Positions 26,191 to 36,928 of a stretch of DNA of 64,000 bases are shown piece after piece. Position numbers and translations under genes: made by a program. Numbering within the stretch: the first letter of the stretch is position 1; each line of letters begins with the position of its first letter. The stretch comes from Octopus vulgaris (taxonomy: Eukaryota): the NCBI GenBank assembly GCA_951406725.2, contig OX597818.1, positions 54,002,001-54,066,000 on the forward strand, in the 5' to 3' direction. The notes below the pieces were generated by a model, which worked only from the letters and a program-made list of their open reading frames with translations, searched no databases and had not been told where the DNA came from.

Positions 26191-27545
26191 CAAGAGGACA
26201 GTGTTTGTGTGTTTGTGTGTCTGTTTGTTCCCCCCAACATCGCTTGACAACCAATGCTGGAGTGTTTACGTCCCCATAACTTAGTGGTTCAACCTAAGAG
26301 ACCGATAGAATAGGTACTAGGCTTACAAAGAATAAGTCCTGGGGTCCATGGAACATCTGTTTTCGGCCATGGTTGCCATTTAGTCTGTGATAGGCACTTT
26401 TGCAGCTAAGGGACACCCTCTGCATGCTTTCACTGCTTCTTCAATGTCACGGTCCATTGTTGGCCAATAAGGTCTCATTAAAGATTTCATTCTCAAAATC
26501 CCTGGTTGACCAATATGAAATTCCTTTAACAATTCCTTCAGTATTGTGGCTGACGCTACGACTCTTTCTGCATATATCAACACATTGACATATTGAGAAA
26601 TGGCCTGCATTTGTGTTGCACATATTTTTATCTCATTTAGCCGTCAGCATTTCTTTCATTTTTTAAAAGGAATTTATCATTTTCCGATTTTAATTACATG
26701 TCTTGTAAAATAACTGGCAGTTCATGTATAACATTACACAAAACATTTTAAACTTCATATTCTACTCGCAAAGCAGCAATCACGCTGTCTTCCAGTCGTT
26801 CAGCATTTTTTAAAATCAGTCTTGATAGACAATCAGCATGGCCTAATTTCTTGGATGGTATATACTCCATCTTGAAATCCTAATAACACCTTACTCCAGC
26901 ATTGTAGCCCATTAGCTGTATGGGTAGGGATTCCTTTCTTTGACCCAAATATTGATAACGGATGATGTTCAGTCTGTAGGTGAAAGCTTCTACAATGTAA
27001 AAACCCCTGAAAATAATCGCTAGAGCCTCTCCTTCGATTTGACTATAATTTTTCTCTGCTATTATCAGAGAATGTGAATCATGAACCACAGCTTTCATGT
27101 TACTATCTTTATATTTATGTAGCATTTCTACTCCTATACCGAACTCAGAGGCATCTGAATTTACAACAGTCTCCACTGCAGGATCGAAGTATGCTATCAA
27201 CAAATTAGATATTAATATTTTTTAAATTTTGCCAAATGCCTTTTTGACAATTTTACCGACCATTTCCATCTCACATCTTTTCTCAGCGGAACCCTCACCT
27301 TATGCATATTGGGAGTATAATTTTAGTAATAATTTGCCAGTCCTAAAAATGCTTGTAAGGTTGCTATATTTGTTGGAGGGAGCATATTTTTAATTGCGTC
27401 TGCCCTCAACGGATCTGGTCAACGTCCATTTCTGTCAATGATTTGTCCTAAATATCTAATTTTCAGTTACAAAAATTCACACTTCTTCACTCAAAGTAAA
27501 GCTGTAATCCCTAATTTTTTCGAATACATACTTTACGTGCTCTAC

Positions 27546-27617
27546 GGGGATGTAGCTCAGTGGTAGAGCATTCGCTTTGCATGCGAAAGGCCCCGTGTTC
27601 GATCCCCGGCATCTCCA
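27546..27617 (+). tRNA. tRNA-Ala (anticodon TGC), retroposed copy; functionality unknown
   Basis: 72 nt, GGGGATGTAGCTCAGTGGTAGAGC...TTCGC TT TGC AT GCGAA...GTTCGATCCCCGGCATCTCCA. Acceptor stem GGGGATG/CATCTCC includes the G3:U70 alanine identity pair. One T-stem mismatch; A and B boxes present. Confidence 0.9.
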
Positions 27618-27622
27618 GAATA

Positions 27623-27628
27623 TTTTTT
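27623..27628 (+). terminator. RNA Pol III T6 terminator of the tRNA-Ala trailer
   Basis: TTTTTT beginning 6 nt after the tRNA discriminator base (trailer GAATA-T6). Confidence 0.7.
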
Positions 27629-27906
27629 GGGCCATTGCCAGCCTCATCTGGCCCCCGTACCGGTGGCATGTAAAAAGCACCATCCGATCATGGCTGTTTG
27701 CCAGCCTCGTCTGGCACCCGTGCAGGTGGCACATAAAAAGTACCCACTACACTCTCGGAGTGGTTGGCATTAGGAAGGGCATCCAGCCGTAGAAACACTG
27801 CCAGATCAGACTGGGCCTGGCGCAGCCTTCTGGCTTCCCAGACCCCAGTTGAACCGTCCAACCCATGCCAGCATGGAAAGCGGACGTTAAACGATGATGA
27901 TGATGA
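27629..27906 (+). mobile_element. RTE 3'UTR fragment fused to the tRNA-Ala
   Basis: Same 3'UTR/(GAT)n family; begins directly after the tRNA trailer T-run. Confidence 0.88.
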
Positions 27907-29249
27907 TACATGTTGATCCCTGGATTTGCTTTCAATAAGGATATCATCCAGATATGGAATTGTAGATTCACAGTCTGCTAACATTGCATCCATAATCAGT
28001 TGAAAAATCGCTGGTGCAACATTTAAGCCACATGGTAACCTGTTGTAGTATCTATACAGTCTTTGATGTGTGTTAATTGTTAGGTATTTAGAGCATTCAT
28101 CATCTACTCTAATTTGTAGGTATGTGTCAGAGAGATCCAATTTAGAAAATATCTTGCCACTCTTTTATTTTGCCAAAATATCCTCCGGAGTAAGTAGCAG
28201 ATAGTGGTTCGTTTTAAGACATTCATTTAAACCAGTGGAAAAATCAGAACACACTGATTTTATTATTTGTTTTCTTCACGTACACAGTCTCTCTAACTCA
28301 ATGTTTTTCTGTTCTAACTCTGTGAATGGTACAGCTTTTTTAGTTTAAATATCCGTATAGGTGCAGGAGTGGCTGTGTGGTAAGTAGCTTGCTAACCAAC
28401 CACATGGTTCCAGGTTCAGTCCCACTGCGTGGCACCTTGGGCAAGTGTCTTCTGCTATAGCCCCGGGCCGACCAATGCCTTGTGAGTGGATTTGGTAGAC
28501 GGAAACTGAAAGAAGCCTGTCGTATATATGTATATATAAGTGTGTGTGTGTGTGTATATGTTTGTGTGTCTGTGTTGTCCCCCTAGCTTTGCTTGACAAC
28601 CGATGCTGGTGTGTTTACGTCCCCGTTACTTAGCGGTTCGGCAAAAGAGACCAATAGAATAAGTACTGGGCTTACAAAAGAATAAGTCCCGGGATCGATT
28701 TGCTCGACTAAAGGCGGTGCTCCAGCACGGCCACAGTCAAATGACTGAATCAAGTAAAAGAGTGAAGAGTATAGCATTTTCTTTTATTTGAAACCCCACC
28801 TTTGTTTTGGTGCACAGACTTAATTTATAAGACAGAACTTCTGGAAAAATATTTCTTAATTTTTTCTTTCACTTCATCTGATTTATTTGTACTGGTGGAA
28901 AAAACCATCCACATTTTTACAGAAAAGATTTAGGAATTAATGAGTATAAACTTGTATGGTTGTGCGGCTAATAAGCTTGTTTTTCCACCACATGATTGTG
29001 AGTTCAGTTCCACAGTGCAGAGACTTGGGCAAGTGTCTTCTACACCGATCAGCTCCAGTCTGACTAATACCTGGGTAAGGTAGATGGAAACTGTGCGGAA
29101 GCACGTGTGTGTGTGTTTGTCGTTGTCCCCCACTCACCTCTTGACAATTGGTGATGGTTTGTTTATATCTCGGTAACTTAGCGATTTGGCAAAAGAGAGC
29201 AATACAATATGTACCAGTTATCATTTGGTTTGGGTTTAAAGGTTAAAAG

Positions 29250-30426
29250 TGGACTAAACCTTTCATATCCCAGCAAACAGATAACAACACCTAACATGGG
29301 TGAAAACCTTCTTTAGCCTGAGGTGCCGATGTATCTCCTTTCCATACCCGCTGTCTTTGGTGCTAAAATTTTTATGGAGAACCAGTTTCTCCTCACCAGT
29401 CACTATTTGGTCCAAAAATGGTTTATTCGTGAGAATTGGCAGCAAAGAAGAACAGTCGTTTGCACTCTGCATGCGATTAGATTTGAAAGTTTATGAGAAA
29501 GCCATTGACCCAATTTGCTGACTTTTCCAATGGCACACAGGTATCGATAAATGGCTGAACAACCAAATCTAAGCTTCTCTGCTAGTTCCTCAACAGTTAC
29601 GATGGGATTTTGTTCCACCAGGGTTTTGCAGGAAATCCTTGTTGAGCTCTGCAGATCTTCCAGGATGAGGCTCGTCTTCTGGGCTATAGTTTCTGGTTCG
29701 AAATTTCTGGAACCACTATCAACACTGGCTTATGCTTATTGTCCGATCCCCATATACTGCATTAATATTCCTTGCACTTTCCGTTACGTTGTTTCCTTTC
29801 TTGAACTCATAAAGCAAAATGTGCCGAATATGCTCCTTTGTCATGTCCATTATAGCTTTGAATAAAGCTATATATATATAAAGCTGAAGTTGTCTGTGTA
29901 TGGCAGGTTTGGTAGCCTTCAACTAACACTATCTCCTCCAAGACCCTGCGGCGCAAGTTGACCAAATTTGAGAGTATGATAGAAGAAGGCTTGCTCTTCC
30001 TTCCGTAGAAGAAAAAATTCAAATCGGACTATGTTAACACCAAAAATTATTTACATCAAAAAGGTGCTTTTTTTCTATGAAAATCCCTATTTTTTATGAT
30101 TTTTTGACTGGTGTGTCACCATTTTTCGGTGTATTTCAATCAGAAAAAGGTTCACTCAAAGGGAATAACAAGCTACATAATGCAAAATTTTTACTTTTCA
30201 AAAATTCCAATTGTAAAGGGTCAAAACAAACCCGAGCAATGCCAGGCGATACTGCTAGTAACTGTTAAAATCGAACTGCACTCTTCAAAACTTGCACTAA
30301 GAATAAAGAGAAGGTAAAATTTCTACCTGCTTTTATAGCAAGTTGATACAGGTAGTTTATCCCGCCCCCCTCTGACTTTTTTGTTCATGCAATTGAAAAG
30401 GCCGCATTATTTATGGAATGACCCAA
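29250..30426 (-). mobile_element. degenerate, 3'-truncated mariner with a Helitron in its 5' UTR
   Basis: ATG at 29850: MDMTKEHIRHILLYEFKKGNNVTESARNI.. (mariner HTH), then ..KVSKLGQWLSHKLS.. and ..FLDQIVTGEEK.., with stops and frameshifts. One TIR ends at 30426 followed by TA. Confidence 0.88.
29867..30258 (+). mobile_element. non-autonomous Helitron, related family with a different interior
   Basis: Starts GCTATATATATATAAAGCTGAAGTTGT (GC for TC) and ends CCCGAGCAATGCCAGG..CTAG|T. Splits the mariner 5' UTR at A|T. Confidence 0.75.
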
Positions 30427-31194
30427 TACAAAGAAGACAGTACTACATTATCTAACACGTCCTTTTATTTCTAAGCTGGTAGGTAGGTAGGGTGTGATTG
30501 GAAGGGGATTAGCTGTGCATACAGACACACAGGCACTCCCTTATTGGCTATTAGGATATTTTATGTCAAATTTAGGAGAAAATGTTTTAACTAAATCTTG
30601 TAACAAGATTAAATATTACCCAACACCCTTCTTTCTCTCTGTCTTTCTTTTTCTTTCTTTCATTTGTTTCTCTTTGTCTCACACCCTGTCTGTCTCTCTC
30701 CCTCTCCCTCCCTTTTTTCTATCTTTTCCTCGGACCCCCTTCTCTTCATCCTCTGCTCTCTCCGAATTCCTCACATACCAGCTTGTCTGTCTGTTGTATT
30801 CTTCCTTCAGTAATCTCTGATGACCTTTCTGTCTTTCTTTTAGTTAATCATGACCTTTTAAAGAGACTGATGTGCTTGATAGTCAATATAAACATTTGTA
30901 GGTTGGCTTCTTTAAGAAAATACATGGGTGGGGTGGAATACAAGAGGGTTGTTGGTGGAGCAGGTGGTGGTGGGGGACTTTACCTCAGGTCAACTCTTGA
31001 TGAAAGCATTCCAGCAGTGGTCATTCCATCTATTTTTTCAGATATAGAATATCAGTGTTTCTCAACTTTTTTACCCTTGCGTAACCCTTAAAATAAATTA
31101 CATATCTCAACAAACCCCTGCACACAAAAAATTAGACCTGCAGAGTCAAGTACATCAACATCAAAATAAATATCAAATGGAAATTGTAGTTGTG

Positions 31195-31750
31195 GTAGTG
31201 TACAAAACAAACAGATGTATTAGTATAATGCTCAGGAACAGAAAAAGTCTTTTACGTTTCGAGCCTACGCTCTTCTACAGAAAGGGACACAAAAAACGAG
31301 GAGAGAAAAAAATGTGTGTAGTGGCTATATATATATTTATTATCAAAATCAAAATCACTTACGTGGCCGATGACAGTGCCACCTGATTGGCACTCGTGCC
31401 AGTGGAACATTAAAGGCACATCTGAGCATGATCGTTGCCAGGGCCACGGATTGGCTCCTATGCTGGTGGCACATAAAAAGCCCCATTCAAATGTGATCAT
31501 TGCCAGCGTCGCCTTACCGGCACATGTGCCAGTGGCAGGTGATAAACAATATTCGAGCGTGGTCATTGCTAGTGCTGCCGGACTGGCTCCTATGCAGGTA
31601 GCACGTAAAAAACACCTTTTCAGCGTGGTTGTTGCCAGAACTGCCTGACTGGCCTGTGTTCCTGTCTGAGGAAGAGCATAGGCTCGAAACATTAAAGACT
31701 TTTTCATTTCCCAAGCATTATACGAATACATCTGTTTGTTGTCTACACCT
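31195..31750. mobile_element. inverted pair of Penelope-like ends with minimal hammerhead motifs, interrupted by RTE 3'UTR repeats
   Basis: + 31662-31697: CTGT-CTGAGGA-A-GAGC-ATAG-GCTC-GAAA-CA-TT-AAAG. - 31284-31249: CTTT-CTGTAGA-A-GAGC-GTAG-GCTC-GAAA-CG-TA-AAAG. The arms ~31195-31290 and ~31655-31750 are reverse complements. Confidence 0.6.
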
Positions 31751-31999
31751 CTTGTCTTTGTCTTTTGTTTTTTTGTGAATTCTCCCTACATATAGATCAT
31801 CATCATCATCATCATCATTGTTTAACGTCCGTTCTCCATGCTAGCATGGGTTGGACAGTTCGACCGGGGATCTGGGAAGCCAGAAGGCTGCACCAGGCTC
31901 CAGTCTGATCTGGCAGTGTTTCTACAGCTGGATGCCTTTCCTAACGCCAACCACTCCGAGAGTGTAGTAAAATTATAGGGAGGCTGCCATGACCAGGAT

Positions 32000-32051
<52 letters not shown>

Positions 32052-34975
32052 CTGTTTTCAAACTGAAATTCTTTGGTTTAGATATTTTTTCATGCAAGTG
32101 TAATAACAGAAAATAAAAGATAGAAAAAAAAATAAAACATAAATAATACAAAAATGAAATAAAAACATCATCCGATCGTGGCCGTCCGCCAGCCTCATCT
32201 GGCACCTGTGTCGGTGGCACATAAAAACACCATCCGAGCGTGGCCGTCTGCCAGCCTCGTCTGGCACCTGTGTCGGTGGCACATAAAAACACCATCCGAG
32301 CGTGGCCGTTCGCCAGCCTCGTCTGGCACCTGTGTCGGTGGCACATAAAATCACCCACTACACTCTCGGAGTGGTTGGCGTTAGGAAGGGCATCCAGCTG
32401 TAGAAACACTGCCAGATCTGACTGGCCTGGTGCAGCCTTCGGGCTCCCCAGACCCCAGTTGAACCGTCCAACCCATGCTAGCATGGAAAACGGACGCTAA
32501 ATGATGATGATGATGATGATGATATATATATATAGCTGTTTTCAAACTGAAATTCTTTGGTTTAGATATTTTTTCATGCAAGTGTAATAACAGAAAATAA
32601 AAGATAGAAAAAAAAATAAAACATAAATAATACAAAAATGAAATAAAAACATAATAAAAGAATACAAAAAGTAAACCCAACAGCATGTGTGAAAAAGAAG
32701 AAAAGGGAAAAAGGGAAAAAAGGAAGGAAAGGAACAGTTAGAAGGTGGACAGTTAGAAGGCAAAAAATAGTTGAAAATGGTAGTCATCAAAAAAAGGTTG
32801 TGAGCTCCTGTCAAAGGATGACCTTTGGGAATCTGTTAATTTGAGGTCATTTTATTCATTTTTCACAGTTGGTATGATGTGCCCTTATTTAGTCACACTC
32901 ACACACACACACACATCCACACATCTACACATGCATACATACAAATACACACACCCACCTGCATCTATGTACACACATATACACGTGTCTCCATGTATAT
33001 ACATATGCAAAAATATCCATATGTACACACACATATATATATATATATACACATACTCTCACACACATATATACAGACATATCTACATACATATATATGT
33101 GAGTGTATATATATATATATATATACACATGCATATGTATTCACACATACACACATAAAAGTGTGTACATCCCTATTTTTCTATATAAATATACATACTT
33201 ACATACCTATTTCTTTATTACCCACAAGGGGCTAAACACAGAGGGGACAAACAAGGACAGACATAGGTATTAAGTCGATTACATCGACCCCAGTGCGTAA
33301 CTGGCACTTAATTTATCGACCCCGAAAGGATGAAAGGTAAAGTCGACCTCGGCGGAATTTGAACTCACAGCGTAATGGCAGACGAAATACCGCTAAGCAT
33401 TTCGCCCGGCGCGCTAACGTTTCTGCCAGCTCACCGCCTTAGTGAGCTTACATACTTACATACCTGCACACACATATATACATTTATATACACACCTATA
33501 GATATTTCCACACATATATGCACATGCGTACATGAGATAGCACAAAATGGAGTGCATACTCATATCAGGTGGCTGTAAGAGTCATCAAAAGAGCAGGATT
33601 AGATCTCTTACTCTCAAGGGTCTCAGATGAATTTAGATTCACAGCAAGAAGTGCAAGAGAAAGCAGCAGGAGTGGCTGTGTGGTAAGTAGCTTGCTAACC
33701 AACCACATGGTTCCAGGTTCAGTCCCACTGCGTGGCATCTTGGGCAAGTGTCTTCTGCTATAGCCTCGGGCTGACCAATGCCTTGTGAGTGGATTTGGTA
33801 GACGGAAACTGAAAGAAGCCTGTCGTATATATGTATATATATATATGTGTGTGTGTGCTAAGCATTTCGCCCGGCGTGCTAACGTTTCTGCCAGCTCACC
33901 GCCTTAGTGAGCTTACATACTTACATACCTGCACACACATATATACATTTATATACACACCTATAGATATTTCCACACATATATGCACATGCGTACATGA
34001 GATAGCACAAAATGGAGTGCATACTCATATCAGGTGGCTGTAAGAGTCATCAAAAAAGCAGGATTAGGCTCCAGCATGGCCGCAGTCAAATGACTGAAAC
34101 GAGTAAAAGAGAGAGTGTCAGATTCTCTCAAGCATCGAATGTCAAGTTCTAAGAAAAAAATTTTTTGTGAAGTACAAAATGTGTATACTCTTTTACTTGT
34201 TTCAGTCATTTGACTGCGGCCATGCTGGAGCACCGCCTTTAGTCGAGCAAATCGACCCCGGCACTTATTCTTTGTAAGCCCAGTACTTATTCTATTGGTC
34301 TCTTTTGCCGAACCGCTAAGTGACGGGGTCGTAAACACACCAGCATCGGTTGTCAAGCAATGCTAGGCATTGGTACTCCTGCTGTAAAATCAAATGATGT
34401 TGCCCCAGCATGGTCACAGTTCATGAGCTGAAGCCAGTTCAACTTAATTCATTTCATATATACTTTTCCTTATTCAGGCAGTGTTTGGTTGGTGTCTTTC
34501 TTTGGATTGTTGAGATGGTAGTTCTGGTGGTTCTCCAAAGAGTGGTGGTGGGGGGTCACCACGTCAAAAACAGTAGAAGAGTAGGAGTCGAAACTGGACA
34601 TGGTTCCTCTAAAGGAGCTGTTGAGGTAGCAAACCATATAGCATGGTTGGAATTCCTTCCTTCTGATATAGTTTTCAGATTATGGTAACAAATATTATTG
34701 TCAGAGTTGTAGTGAAGATAACAAGGTGCTATGATGTTAACTTTTTAGAAATGAAACTTAATGATGCTTTTAACCTGAAGAAGACAAAGCTGAATAAAAT
34801 GGCCATATGTGTTTAAAATTATGTAAAACAACATCTTACAAACATGGTGTATCCTGATGAAACTAGTAATTATTGTAAGAGAGTTAATTGTTTATAGCTT
34901 AATCACAGTAGGATTAGAAGCTTAATTTTAAGTCAAAGAGCAATGAATTAGATGTACAGAATATACATATTTAAT

Positions 34976-35768
34976 TGGAATCAGGGGGAGAGGTAGACCC
35001 AGGAAGACATGGGATGAGGTAGTGAAGCATGACCTCAGAGCGTTGGGCCTCACTGAGGCAATGGCGAAGGACCGAGATCTCTGGAGATGTGCTGTGACTG
35101 CAAAGACTCGGGCTGCTTCCTGCACCAGTCCCGCATAGCCCCTGCCCATTCAAAGTACCTTGGATCCCAGAACATCCCGCTGTGCTTGAGGAGACCTGTT
35201 GAGTCAAGTACATGAACATCAAAACAAATATCAATGGAAATAGTAGTTGTGATACCTGTGCCAGTGGCACATAAAAAGCATCATCCAAATGTGGCCGTTG
35301 CCAGCGCCGTCTCGACTGGCTTCTGTGCCAGTGGGACATAAAAAAGCACCATCCAAACGTGGCCGTTGCCAGCGCCGCCTCGACTGGCTTCTGTGCCGGT
35401 GGCACATAAAAAGCACCATCCGAACGTGGCCGATGCCAGCGCCGCCTCGACTGGCTTCTGTGCTGGTGGCACATAAAAAAAACACCATCCAAACGTGGCC
35501 GATGCCAGTGCCGCCTCGGCTGGCTTCTATGCCGGTGGCACGTTAAAAGCACCAACCGATCATGGCCGCTGCCAGCCTCCTCTGGCACCTGTGCTGGTGG
35601 CATGTAAAAAGCACCCACTACACTCACGGAGTGGTTGGCGTTAGGAAGGGCATCCAGCTGTAGAAACACTGCCAGATCAGACTGGAGCCTGGTGCAGCCC
35701 CTGGCTTCCCAGACCCCGGTCGAACCGTCCAACCTGTGCTAGCGCGGGAAATGAACGTTAAACGATGA
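34976..35768 (+). mobile_element. RTE LINE 3' end with ~5 internal ~62-bp tandem units
   Basis: RGRPRKTWDEVVKHDLRALGL.., then repeated GTGGCACATAAAAAGCACCATCC..GCCAGCGCCGCCTCGACTGGC units and the family 3' end. Confidence 0.85.
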
Positions 35769-36110
35769 AAAAAATCTTAAAATATCTGGTCACATATAGC
35801 ACCATTTCATTCTTATTTAAAATCATCAGCATGATATAACTTGAGGCAAATAAATTCGACTAAATTAAACATTTTACAAAGTAAAACATTTTTCCTTATA
35901 CACAAGAATATATCTATATATATTCTTGAAGACATTGATTCTTGTGTTTTTTTTTTTTTAAAAATTTTCTAACACAGAAATATTGGAGCAATGGACCAAG
36001 CCCTGTTCTCTTTTTAGGGGTTAACAAAACATTTACTGCTTCTATAACAAAAAGAAAAAAGTTTATTTTGATAATACTCTATAATGTTTCTCTCTATTTT
36101 CATTTTGCAG

Positions 36111-36299
36111 AAAAATCCAAGGAGAAGCATTATCTGCTCCACCAGCTCAGTCTTTGACTTTTGAAAAGCAGCAGTTCTATTTGAAAGGAAAGAAGATCCG
36201 CATTTTAGCTGGATCTGTCCATTACTTCAGGATTGTTCCACAATATTGGATGCCTGTTTTGAAGAAACTAAAAGCATGTGGCCTGAATACAGTAGTTAC
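36111..36299 (+). CDS. GH35 beta-galactosidase-1-like gene, exon 2
   Basis: Acceptor ttttgcag|, donor |gtgagt. Encodes KIQGEALSAPPAQSLTFEKQQFYLKGKKIRILAGSVHYFRIVPQYWMPVLKKLKACGLNTVVT, matching the GH35 motif G.IHYFR....W...L.K.KA.GLN.V.T. Confidence 0.95.
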
Positions 36300-36418
36300 G
36301 TGAGTTCATTATCACATATTTTACTGAAGTTATCCCGTATGGTGTGTGTGTGGCTATGTTTTGGGATGATGTGTGGCACTGGGGTAAGGTATCTGGTTGT
36401 AGCTTGGTTGTAGAATAA

Positions 36419-36928
36419 GGCGGCGAGCTGGCAGAAACGTTAGAGCGCTGGGTGAAATGTTTAGTGGTATTTCTGAGTTCAAATTCTGCCGAGGTCAACT
36501 TTGCCTTTCATCCTTTCGGGGTCGATTAAATAAGTACCAGTTACACACTGGGGTCGATATAATTGACTTAATCCGTTTGTCTGTCCTTGTTTGTCTTCTC
36601 TGTGTTTAGCCCCTTGTGGGTAGTAAAGAAACAGGTATTTCATCTGCTGCTACGTTCTGAGTTTAACTTCTGCCGAGGTCAACTTTGCCTTTAATCATTT
36701 CGGGGTCGATTAAATAAGTACCAGTTACGCACTGGGGTCGATATAATCGACTTAATCCATTTGTCCTTGTTTGTCCTCTCTGTGTTTAGCCCCTTGTGGG
36801 TAGTAAAGAAACAGGTATTTCATCTGCTGCTACGTTCTGAGTTCAACTTCTGCCAAGGTCAACTTTGCCTTTAATCATTTCGGGGTCAATTAAATAAGTA
36901 CCAGTTACGCACTGGGGTTGATATAATA
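36419..36928 (+). mobile_element. SINE family B multimer (3 units, last partial)
   Basis: Head GGCGGCGAGCTGGCAGAA, then ~180-bp units restarting at GTATTTC. Confidence 0.82.

Larger units (their letters stand above)
26346..28340 (-). mobile_element. decayed Ty3/Gypsy pol (RT, RNase H, integrase zinc finger)
   Basis: RT ..DLSDTYLQI..YNRLPCGLNVAPAIFQ..YLDDILI; RNase H DASEFGIG and NYSQIEGEALAI; integrase zinc-finger remnant LKEFHIGQPG..YWPTMDRDIEEAVKACRGC. Domain order is RT-RH-IN; many stops. Confidence 0.9.
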
